Assembly (NCBI GenBank): GCA_040767605.1
Contig: JAXGOI010000001.1
Span: forward strand, 1,720,610-1,784,609
Direction of reading: 5' to 3'
DNA length: 64,000 bases
DNA from: Clostridiales bacterium
GTDB lineage: Bacteria; Bacillota; Dehalobacteriia; UBA4068
This document shows positions 37,714-46,195 of the stretch, in pieces. The position numbers and the translations under genes are program-made. Under the pieces are notes generated by a model. That model did no database searches and had not been told where the DNA came from. It saw only the letters and a program-made list of their open reading frames with translations. Every line of letters starts with the position of its first letter. Within the stretch, counting starts at the first letter, position 1.

Positions 37714-37930
37714 TAAAGAACGGTTACAAAATCTTCGTGAGAAGTACCCTGTAGGCTGCCGAGTAGAATTACTAAGAATGGATGATATTCAAGCTCCAAT
37801 GATTGGCACAAAAGGAACAGTCATAGGTGTTGATGACATCGGCTCCATAATGGTGTCTTGGGATACAGGCTCCAGTTTATCCGTAGTCTTTGGAGAAGAC
37901 CTTTGCAGGAGGGTTGAAGATGACAAGTAA
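37700..37930 (+). CDS. DUF4314-like protein
   Basis: VGCRVELLRMDDIQAPMIGTKGTVIGVDDIGSIMVSWDTGSSLSVVFGED pattern. Confidence 0.45.
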   Translation: MRIISKERLQNLREKYPVGCRVELLRMDDIQAPMIGTKGTVIGVDDIGSIMVSWDTGSSLSVVFGEDLCRRVEDDK

Positions 37931-38099
37931 GATAAAAGAGCAGATTCTTGCCATTCGAGATTCTGGTGAAACCAATATGTTTGATGTGCGAAAAGTACAG
38001 GAAATCGCTCTGAGGGAAGGATATGACGAGCTACTTGTTTACCTTGCAGATAACGTGGGGGCCTATTCCAGATTCATTCTGACAGGCAAGGAGGAATAA
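37920..38099 (+). CDS. Hypothetical small phage protein
   Basis: 59 aa after the GGAGGG RBS. Confidence 0.35.
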   Translation: MTSKIKEQILAIRDSGETNMFDVRKVQEIALREGYDELLVYLADNVGAYSRFILTGKEE

Positions 38100-38103
38100 A
38101 ACC

Positions 38104-38328
38104 GTGTGGAAAGAAGGTAGCATTAAAGTTCATGATAGCATTATCCATTATTGGGTAAAGTGCTATGAGAAAAGCTCGAAACTTGGCATTGACAAAGGAC
38201 GCATCTCAAAGCTGATGCTTAAGCGCAAGGAAGAGATTATTGCAAATTATGACCGAGGCTGGGACATTGAGCCTGTGGATGAGGATGCAGAAATTGCACT
38301 TGCAATCTTATTATTAGAACACAACTAA
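38104..38328 (+). CDS. Hypothetical small phage protein
   Basis: 74 aa, GTG start. Confidence 0.35.
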   Translation: MWKEGSIKVHDSIIHYWVKCYEKSSKLGIDKGRISKLMLKRKEEIIANYDRGWDIEPVDEDAEIALAILLLEHN

Positions 38329-38431
38329 ATAGCAATAGAGAACAGTGCCAACATTGGCTCTGTTTCTCGTATAGAAAGAGTAATAAGGCTTGCTTGATGC
38401 GGGTCTATTTTTATGCTCATTTTGAAGGGAG

Positions 38432-40042
38432 GTGACCGCAATTAGAAAACTAAAGAAATATAAACCGACACCTTTTATGGCTAAGGACTCTATCTACGAT
38501 AAAGACGCTGCAGATTATGCGGTCAACTTTATTGAGTGTTTAAGTCATACCAAGGGGAAATGGTCTGGAAAACCATTTGAACTGATTGATTGGCAAGAAC
38601 AAATTATTAGAGACCTCTTTGGCACACTGAAACCAGATGGCTATCGGCAGTTTAATACGGCCTATATTGAGATTCCTAAGAAAATGGGGAAATCTGAATT
38701 AGCGGCAGCTGTCGCACTACTGCTTACTTGTGGTGATGGTGAAGAAAGAGCCGAGGTTTATGGTTGCGCCGCAGACAGGCAACAGGCATCCATTGTTTTT
38801 GAAGTGGCTGCTGACATGGTGCGTATGAGTCCGGCACTGAGTAAACGAGTCAAAATCTTATCGGCAACAAAACGGATCATTTTCCAACCGACTAATAGTT
38901 TTTATCAAGTGCTTTCAGCAGAGGCCTATTCAAAGCATGGATTTAATATTCATGGTGTTGTTTTTGATGAGCTGCATACTCAGCCCAATAGAAAACTCTT
39001 TGATGTCATGACCAAAGGTTCTGGTGATGCCAGAACACAGCCCCTATATTTTCTGATCACCACGGCAGGATCTGATACAAAATCAATCTGCTATGAAACC
39101 CATCAGAAAGCCAAAGATCTCATGGAGAAAAGAAAGATTGACCCTACTTTTTATCCGGTTATTTATGGAGCAGATGAGTCAGATGATTGGACCGATCCGA
39201 AGGTGTGGAAAAAAGCTAATCCAAGCCTTGGCATAACGGTAGGGATTGATAAGGTAAAAGCCGCTTGTGAATCAGCCAAGCAAAACCCTGCAGAAGAGAA
39301 TGCCTTTAGACAGTTACGACTTAATCAGTGGGTCAAACAGGCGGTTCGCTGGATGCCAATGGACAGGTGGGATAAATGTGCCTTTGCCGTAAATGAAGAG
39401 GATTTACTTGGAAGGGTATGCTATGGCGGACTAGACCTTTCCAGCTCCATTGATATTACTGCCTTTGTATTGGTGTTTCCTCCCCTAGATGAGGATGATA
39501 AATACATCATTCTTCCCTACTTTTGGCTGCCAGAAGAAACTCTAAGTGCCAGGGTCAACCGTGACCATGTTCCCTATGATGTCTGGGAAAAGCAAGGACA
39601 GCTTAAAACAACGGAAGGCAATGTGGTCCATTACGGTTTTATTGAGAAGTTCATCGAAGAACTTGGCGAAAAGTACAATATTCGTGAGATTGCCTTTGAC
39701 CGTTGGGGAGCCGTACAAATGGTTCAAAACCTAGAAGGCATGGGTTTTACCGTAGTCCCCTTTGGTCAGGGATTTAAGGATATGAGTCCACCGACTAAGG
39801 AACTGATGAAACTAACGCTAGAGGAAAAGGTTGCTCATGGTGGGCATCCAGTACTTCGTTGGATGATGGATAACATTTTTGTTCGAACGGACCCGGCAGG
39901 AAACATCAAGCCAGATAAGGAAAAATCATCAGAAAAAATTGATGGTGCAGTGGCAACGATTATGGCTCTTGATCGAGCGATTCGTTGTGGCAATGATACG
40001 AGTGCTTCGGTTTATGACAACCGAGGCATTCTCTTTATATGA
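38432..40042 (+). CDS. Phage terminase large subunit
   Basis: 536 aa. N-terminal ATPase region (IEIPKKMGKSELAAAVALLLT...VFDELH) and a C-terminal nuclease. GTG start after the GAAGGGAGG RBS. Confidence 0.85.
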   Translation: MTAIRKLKKYKPTPFMAKDSIYDKDAADYAVNFIECLSHTKGKWSGKPFELIDWQEQIIRDLFGTLKPDGYRQFNTAYIEIPKKMGKSELAAAVALLLTCGDGEERAEVYGCAADRQQASIVFEVAADMVRMSPALSKRVKILSATKRIIFQPTNSFYQVLSAEAYSKHGFNIHGVVFDELHTQPNRKLFDVMTKGSGDARTQPLYFLITTAGSDTKSICYETHQKAKDLMEKRKIDPTFYPVIYGADESDDWTDPKVWKKANPSLGITVGIDKVKAACESAKQNPAEENAFRQLRLNQWVKQAVRWMPMDRWDKCAFAVNEEDLLGRVCYGGLDLSSSIDITAFVLVFPPLDEDDKYIILPYFWLPEETLSARVNRDHVPYDVWEKQGQLKTTEGNVVHYGFIEKFIEELGEKYNIREIAFDRWGAVQMVQNLEGMGFTVVPFGQGFKDMSPPTKELMKLTLEEKVAHGGHPVLRWMMDNIFVRTDPAGNIKPDKEKSSEKIDGAVATIMALDRAIRCGNDTSASVYDNRGILFI

Positions 40043-40050
40043 GGAGGTGA

Positions 40051-41379
40051 TTGATTTTGGGATTTTTATCATCCATTTTTAAGGCGAGAGATAAGCCTAC
40101 TGATAGAGCTGTGAGTTCCAACTATACCTTTTTAATGGGTTCAAGCACAGCAGGTAAAACAGTGACCGAGCGGTCGGCACTTCAAATGACGGCCGTATAC
40201 TCTTGTGTTCGAATATTAGCTGAAGCAGTAGCAGGGCTTCCTCTGCACCTTTATCGTTATACAGATGATGGTGGCAAGGAAAAAGCAATTGACCACTCCT
40301 TGTATCGACTTTTGCATGATGAACCGAATCCTGAGATGAGTTCTTTTGTGTTTAGAGAAACATTGATGACTCATCTTTTATTATGGGGGAATTGTTATGC
40401 GCAGATTATTCGCAATGGCAAAGGTGAAGTTGTAGGACTCTACCCCTTGATGCCAAATCGGATGTCAGTTCATCGAGATGAGAGTGGGCAGCTCTATTAC
40501 TTATATACCAGAGGTGCAGATGATGTGAACAGTACGAAGGGTATGACAGTAAAACTTAGTACCTCCGATGTACTTCATATTCCCGGACTCGGGTTTGATG
40601 GACTGGTTGGCTACTCCCCGATTGCGATGGCTAAAAATGCGATTGGTCTAGCCATTGCAACAGAGGAATATGGAGCCAAGTTCTTTGCTAACGGTGCTGC
40701 TCCAAGTGGTGTGTTGGAGCATCCGGGAACGATTAAAGAACCTGGGAAAGTCAGAGAGGCTTGGCAGTCACAATTTGGTGGCAGTGCCAATTCCAATAAA
40801 ATAGCCGTGCTTGAAGAAGGAATGAAATATACACCGATTTCCATTTCACCAGAACAAGCACAATTCCTTGAAACAAGGAAGTTTCAAATCAATGAAATTG
40901 CTCGGATTTTTAGAGTCCCTCCTCACATGGTAGGCGACCTTGAGAAGTCGAGCTTTTCTAATATTGAGCAACAATCCCTTGAGTTTGTGAAATACACCTT
41001 AGACCCGTGGGTAGTGCGTTGGGAGCAAACCTTAGCCCGTACCCTTTTTACACCGGAAGAAAAGAAAAAGTACTTCTTTCGCTTCAATGTGGAAGGTCTG
41101 CTTAGAGGGGATTATGTTAGTCGCATGAGCGGGTATGCCACAGCAAGGCAGAACGGTTGGATGAGTGCAAATGATATTAGGGAACTTGAAAACCTAGACC
41201 GTATCCCTTCAGAGGATGGCGGTGACATGTACCTTGTCAACGGCAATATGCTCCCTCTTACAAAGGCAGGTGCATTCGCAAATACAAACGAGGATGGAAA
41301 GGAGGAAGACTTGGATGAAGAACAAGATGTTTTGGCGATGGAAGAACCAAGCAAGCGAACAAGAAGAACGAGTTCTTGA
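40051..41379 (+). CDS. Phage portal protein (HK97 family)
   Basis: 442 aa, in portal position between TerL and the prohead protease. Acidic C-terminus. Confidence 0.8.
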   Translation: MILGFLSSIFKARDKPTDRAVSSNYTFLMGSSTAGKTVTERSALQMTAVYSCVRILAEAVAGLPLHLYRYTDDGGKEKAIDHSLYRLLHDEPNPEMSSFVFRETLMTHLLLWGNCYAQIIRNGKGEVVGLYPLMPNRMSVHRDESGQLYYLYTRGADDVNSTKGMTVKLSTSDVLHIPGLGFDGLVGYSPIAMAKNAIGLAIATEEYGAKFFANGAAPSGVLEHPGTIKEPGKVREAWQSQFGGSANSNKIAVLEEGMKYTPISISPEQAQFLETRKFQINEIARIFRVPPHMVGDLEKSSFSNIEQQSLEFVKYTLDPWVVRWEQTLARTLFTPEEKKKYFFRFNVEGLLRGDYVSRMSGYATARQNGWMSANDIRELENLDRIPSEDGGDMYLVNGNMLPLTKAGAFANTNEDGKEEDLDEEQDVLAMEEPSKRTRRTSS

Positions 41380-42046
41380 GCTTTATGGAACAATCGCTGA
41401 AGAAAGCTGGTTTGATGATGATGTGACCCCACAGATGTTTAGAAATGAACTCTTTAGCGAAAAAGGACCCATCACCTTATGGATTAACTCACCGGGTGGA
41501 GATTGCATTGCCGCAAGTCAGATTTATACCATGTTGATGGATTATCCAGATGAGGTAACCGTCAAGATTGATGGGATTGCAGCATCTGCCGCCTCTGTCA
41601 TTGCCATGGCAGGAACAAAGGTACTAATGGCTCCGACAGCACTCATGATGATTCATAACCCAGCAACCATCACGATGGGTGATCATGAAGACATGAAACG
41701 AGCGATTGAGATGTTAGATGAGGTGAAAGAAAGCATTATCAATGCCTATGAGATTAAGACTGGAATATCTCGCATCAAACTATCTCATCTGATGGATGCT
41801 GAAACCTGGATGAATGCCAACAAAGCCATAGAACTTGGCTTTGCAGACGATGTGCTAAAGGATGAGAAACAATCCGAACCCACTTTTTCTGCCTATGCGT
41901 TTTCTAGAAAAGCAGTGGCAACTAACCTACTTAACAAAATGGCAGAAAAGAATAAACCAATTCAGGCGGAGGAATCTGCCAAACCCCAAGGGCGCTCAAT
42001 TGATGAACTCAAGGAGCGTCTTTTGATTATCAAAAAATATATGTAA
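41315..42046 (+). CDS. ClpP-family prohead (head maturation) protease
   Basis: LWINSPGGDCIAASQIYTMLMDY...IDGIAASAASVIAMAG is the ClpP/S14 catalytic Ser region. Confidence 0.85.
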   Translation: MKNKMFWRWKNQASEQEERVLELYGTIAEESWFDDDVTPQMFRNELFSEKGPITLWINSPGGDCIAASQIYTMLMDYPDEVTVKIDGIAASAASVIAMAGTKVLMAPTALMMIHNPATITMGDHEDMKRAIEMLDEVKESIINAYEIKTGISRIKLSHLMDAETWMNANKAIELGFADDVLKDEKQSEPTFSAYAFSRKAVATNLLNKMAEKNKPIQAEESAKPQGRSIDELKERLLIIKKYM

Positions 42047-42062
42047 ATGGAGGAATTTTACT

Positions 42063-43259
42063 ATGACGATTACAGAAATGCGTAATAAACGCAAAAAGCT
42101 TATTGAAACGATGGATGGGTTCTTGGACACTCATAAAACCAAGAATGGCACATTATCCGCAGAAGATGATGCTACCTATAAAACCATGGAAGATGAAATT
42201 TCTGAACTTACCAATGAAATCCATCGCATGGAAAGACGTGAAGCAATCGAGGCTGAACTTGAAAAACCTGTCAGCAAGCCAATCATTGAAAATCCGATGA
42301 ATGGTCGACTGGATAACAGTGAAATTAAAACTGGCCGAGCAGCTGATTCTTATAAGACTGCCATGCTTTCAGCCCTTCGCTCAAACTTCCGTAATGTATC
42401 CAATGTCCTACAAGAAGGGGTAGACGCAGATGGTGGCTATCTCGTACCCGAAGAATACGACAGCAGATTGATTGATGGTCTGGAAGAAGAGAATATCATT
42501 CGTAAGCTGGGTCACAGAATTACCACATCAGGTGAGCGAAAAATCAATATTGCAGCTACAAAACCTGCAGCTGCATGGATTGATGAAGGTGAAGCACTGA
42601 CCTTTAGCGATGCTACATTCTCCCAGATTAATCTGGATGCCCATAAACTTCATGTGGCAGTCAAGGTGACTGAAGAGCTGCTTTATGATAATGCCTTCCA
42701 GCTTGAGAATTACATTATTAAGGAGTTTTATAAGGCTCTGGCTAATGCGGAAGAAGATGCCTTTATCAATGGTGATGGCACAGGAAAACCTCTAGGCATT
42801 CTTGCTGCTAGTGGTGGTGCTGAAGTAGGGGTGACTGCTGCCTCTGCCACAGCAATTACGGCCGATGAAGTGATTAATTTAGTGTATTCACTGAAACGTC
42901 CATACCGTAAGAATGCAGTCTTTATTTTAAATGACCAGACGATTGCGGCACTTAGAAAACTCAAGGATGGAAACGGAGCGTATATGTGGCAAGCAGCTCT
43001 TGTTGCGGGTGAACCAGATAAACTACTTGGCTATCCTGTTTATACATCTGCTTATATGCCTACCATTGAGGCAGGTGCTAAGACCATTATCTTTGGCGAT
43101 TTGTCTTATTACAACATTGGAGATCGTGGTTCTCGTTCCTTTGCAGAACTTCGTGAGCTGTTTGCAGGTAATGGCATGGTCGGGTTTGTAGCTAAAGAAC
43201 GTGTGGATGGCAAGTTAGTATTACCTGAAGCAATCAAGGTTCTTCAGCAGAAAGCCTAA
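42063..43259 (+). CDS. Phage major capsid protein (HK97 family)
   Basis: 398 aa following the protease. N-terminal coiled-coil delta-like region, then the capsid fold. Confidence 0.8.
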   Translation: MTITEMRNKRKKLIETMDGFLDTHKTKNGTLSAEDDATYKTMEDEISELTNEIHRMERREAIEAELEKPVSKPIIENPMNGRLDNSEIKTGRAADSYKTAMLSALRSNFRNVSNVLQEGVDADGGYLVPEEYDSRLIDGLEEENIIRKLGHRITTSGERKINIAATKPAAAWIDEGEALTFSDATFSQINLDAHKLHVAVKVTEELLYDNAFQLENYIIKEFYKALANAEEDAFINGDGTGKPLGILAASGGAEVGVTAASATAITADEVINLVYSLKRPYRKNAVFILNDQTIAALRKLKDGNGAYMWQAALVAGEPDKLLGYPVYTSAYMPTIEAGAKTIIFGDLSYYNIGDRGSRSFAELRELFAGNGMVGFVAKERVDGKLVLPEAIKVLQQKA

Positions 43260-43271
43260 CGGAGGTGCGAT

Positions 43272-43496
43272 ATGGATTACAACACAAAAAACTACACCGA
43301 ACAAGGCGGAGATAAAACCGTCATCGCAGGAACGTTAGAGATTAAGGAGGGAGCAACCATAACTGGTCTCCCTTCTTCTTTTACTCCTGCAGAGAACCAA
43401 GCACCTAGTGTGGCAGAAGATATTACGAGTTTAGTTGCTGATTTTAATGCCTTGCTTCTAAAGCTTAAAACAGCTGGACTCATGGAAACTGATTAA
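43272..43496 (+). CDS. Hypothetical head-associated protein
   Basis: 74 aa following the MCP. Confidence 0.35.
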   Translation: MDYNTKNYTEQGGDKTVIAGTLEIKEGATITGLPSSFTPAENQAPSVAEDITSLVADFNALLLKLKTAGLMETD

Positions 43497-43518
43497 TAAA
43501 GGAAAGGATGGTAGCGGT

Positions 43519-43827
43519 ATGACACTGATTCAAAATGTAAAGGCAAACTTGATTTTAGAGCATGATGCTGATGACGAACTCTTAGAGATGTTCATCGCCG
43601 CTGCTGTCAGTTATGCCGAGAGTTATCAGCATGTACCAGAAAACTACTACATCGATCACCCCATGCCACCGACTACAGAGCAAGCCATTATTATGCTTTC
43701 CTCTCACTTTTACGAAAGTAGAGATGGCAGTACAGGTGGCTTTTTTGCAGATAATGTGCAGGCAAGTCAGCAGGTTTGGAATACGGTCAACCTACTATTA
43801 AGACTTGATCGGGATTGGAAGGTGTAA
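43519..43827 (+). CDS. Head-tail connector (gp6-like) protein
   Basis: DELLEMFIAAAVSYAESY pattern of gp6-like head-tail adaptors. Confidence 0.6.
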   Translation: MTLIQNVKANLILEHDADDELLEMFIAAAVSYAESYQHVPENYYIDHPMPPTTEQAIIMLSSHFYESRDGSTGGFFADNVQASQQVWNTVNLLLRLDRDWKV

Positions 43828-43829
43828 AC

Positions 43830-44174
43830 ATGAGTTTTGGGAAAATGAATACATTTATTGATATTATCACAACCGATCCGACTAAGGATCCAGAAGGTTT
43901 CGTTACAAAAGGCGATACTGTACTTGCTTCGGTTCGTGCCCATAAGGAAACCCGTAATACAAGTGCAAAATGGGAGCGAATTATTGGTAATACTGCCTTT
44001 GTAAGTGTATCGGCACTATTTCGTTTCCGTAAGATACCTAATTTATCAATCACAACTTCACATTATATTTCTGATGTGGACGGTCGTTACAATATCGTTA
44101 GTGCAGAGGATGTTTGTGGACGAGGAATGTATGTTGAGGTATTGGCAGAAAAGCTAGAAGGGACGGTGAAGTGA
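43830..44174 (+). CDS. Phage head closure/head-tail joining protein
   Basis: 115 aa. Position and size match SPP1 gp16-like proteins. Confidence 0.5.
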   Translation: MSFGKMNTFIDIITTDPTKDPEGFVTKGDTVLASVRAHKETRNTSAKWERIIGNTAFVSVSALFRFRKIPNLSITTSHYISDVDGRYNIVSAEDVCGRGMYVEVLAEKLEGTVK

Positions 44175-44608
44175 TGGCAAAAATCCAAATGAAGATACCA
44201 GAGGATTTCCTTCTAAAACTGTCTCGACTAGAAGAACAGACGGATATAATCATACCTAAGGTGCTAGAAGAAGGTGGGCAGGTTGTGCTTGCCAAAGTAA
44301 AGAGCAATCTCTCTTCAGTGATTGGCAAAAATATGGCAGAGAAGAGTCGGTCTACTGGAGAGTTGGAACAAGCTCTTGGTCTTTCCCCAGCCAAACAAAA
44401 GCGTGATGGTTCTGGTTGGGATATTAAAGTGGGTTTTTCAGAACCTCGGTCCGATGGCGGATCCAATGCTAAAATTGCAAATATTTTAGAGTATGGCAAA
44501 CATGGCCAACCACCGAAGCCCTTCTTGAAACCTGCCCGATCGCAATCGAGAAGAATTGCAGTGGAAGCAATGAAGGAAAAATTTGAACAGGAGGTGGAAA
44601 GACTATGA
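44171..44608 (+). CDS. HK97 gp10-family tail component
   Basis: Synteny and size. Confidence 0.5.
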   Translation: MMAKIQMKIPEDFLLKLSRLEEQTDIIIPKVLEEGGQVVLAKVKSNLSSVIGKNMAEKSRSTGELEQALGLSPAKQKRDGSGWDIKVGFSEPRSDGGSNAKIANILEYGKHGQPPKPFLKPARSQSRRIAVEAMKEKFEQEVERL

Positions 44609-44943
44609 GTATTTTGCAGGAGCTTAATAGTCTTTTCTCTTCTATTCTGCCTGTGGAAACAGGGATATTCAGTGCGGCTGCACCTGATGAATATCTTGTT
44701 CTTACACCAATGACGGATACATTTGTCTTGTATGGCGATAACAGGCCAGTCATTGATGTATCCGATGTTCGGATATCTCTTTATTCCAAGGGCAACTATA
44801 TCAAACGAAAAAACCAACTACTTGCTACTCTGCTTGGAGCAGAGTTCACTATAACCGGACGCCGATATATGGGTCATGAAGACGATACTGGTTACCATCA
44901 CTACGTCATTGACGTAGCAAAACACTATGAAATGGAGGAATAA
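44605..44943 (+). CDS. Tail completion/tail-terminator-like protein
   Basis: Synteny immediately before the major tail protein. Confidence 0.45.
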   Translation: MSILQELNSLFSSILPVETGIFSAAAPDEYLVLTPMTDTFVLYGDNRPVIDVSDVRISLYSKGNYIKRKNQLLATLLGAEFTITGRRYMGHEDDTGYHHYVIDVAKHYEMEE

Positions 44944-44946
44944 GCT

Positions 44947-45549
44947 ATGGCAACAATTGGGCTAGATAAGCTCTACTATTCAAAAATCACAGAGGATGCA
45001 AATGGTGATGAAACTTACGGCATTCCTGTACAACTGGCAAAAGCGATGAAGGCGGATCTATCCGTCGAACTTGCGGAAGCGACTCTTTACGCAGACGATG
45101 GACCTGCAGAAATTGTAAAAGAATTTAAAAGCGGAAAACTCTCACTTGGAATTGATGACATTGGAGTTACTGCTGCTGAGGATTTGACAGGAGCAAAAAT
45201 TGACGATAACCATGTGGTTGTGTCTGGCAGTGACGATGGCGGCTTTGCTGTCGCTGTGGGTTTTCGGGCTAAGAAGGCAAATGGAAAGTACAGATATTTT
45301 TGGCTTTATCGTGTGGTCTTTGGCATACCTGCTACTAACCTAGCTACAAAGGGAGATAGCATCACTTTCTCTACACCAACTATTGAAGGAACAGTTCTGC
45401 GTAGAAATAAACTGGATGGCAACGGAAAACATCCTTGGAAAGTAGAAGCTAATGAGGATGATACAAATGTTCCGACATCCGTTATCTCGGGCTGGTACAC
45501 GCAGGTTTACGAACCTGCTTTTAATACTTCCGGCGGAGGTGAGGATTAA
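44947..45549 (+). CDS. Phage major tail protein
   Basis: 200 aa. N-terminus MATIGLDKLYYSKITEDANGDETYG is typical of phi13/TP901-type major tail proteins. Confidence 0.75.
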   Translation: MATIGLDKLYYSKITEDANGDETYGIPVQLAKAMKADLSVELAEATLYADDGPAEIVKEFKSGKLSLGIDDIGVTAAEDLTGAKIDDNHVVVSGSDDGGFAVAVGFRAKKANGKYRYFWLYRVVFGIPATNLATKGDSITFSTPTIEGTVLRRNKLDGNGKHPWKVEANEDDTNVPTSVISGWYTQVYEPAFNTSGGGED

Positions 45550-46123
45550 TGGCAAGTGAAAGAAGCGCTATGATACAAATCGGTGAAAAGAAGTATGAAA
45601 TGCTTCTCACCACCAGGGCGACCAAAGAGATTGCGAAACGGTATGGTGGTCTTTCCAACTTAGGGGAGAAACTGATGAAATCAGAAAATTTTGAGATGGC
45701 TCTTGATGAAATTGTCTGGCTAATTACACTTCTTGCCAATCAGTCAGTGATGATCCATAACCTTCAAAACCCTTCTAAAAAAGGGGAACTACTTACAGAA
45801 GAAGCAGTTGAATTGCTTACTTCACCTCTTGAACTGGGTGAATACAAAAATGCCATTATGGAAGCCATGGTTAAAGGTACAAAGCGCCATGTGGAAAGTG
45901 AGGAAGCACCCTCAAAAAACTCACAGGTCGAGTAAGTGATGAAGAGTCCTTTGCTCGATTGATATTTTATGGTGTCTCTCTCCTTCAGCGATCTGAGCAG
46001 GAGGTTTGGCTAATGCCTATCGGACACTTGCTCGACCAGTGGGAAGTTTATAAACAGTATCATGGTTTATCAAGACCAAAGCGTGAATATGGGATTGATG
46101 AAATCATTCCATATGGAATATAG
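45549..46123 (+). CDS. Tail assembly chaperone G (45549-45935) and -1 frameshift fusion GT (to 46123)
   Basis: Slippery heptamer A_AAA_AAC at 45914-45920, in the zero-frame register, six codons before the G stop. The -1 frame stays open for ~68 codons to TAG 46121-46123. Located between the major tail protein and the tape measure. Confidence 0.75.
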
Positions 46124-46195
46124 ACAATTGTTATTTATGGCACTCGAGAAGAGTGTCTTTTCTTATGCCCGTTTTAGCTGGAAGGAGGTGGCTTT

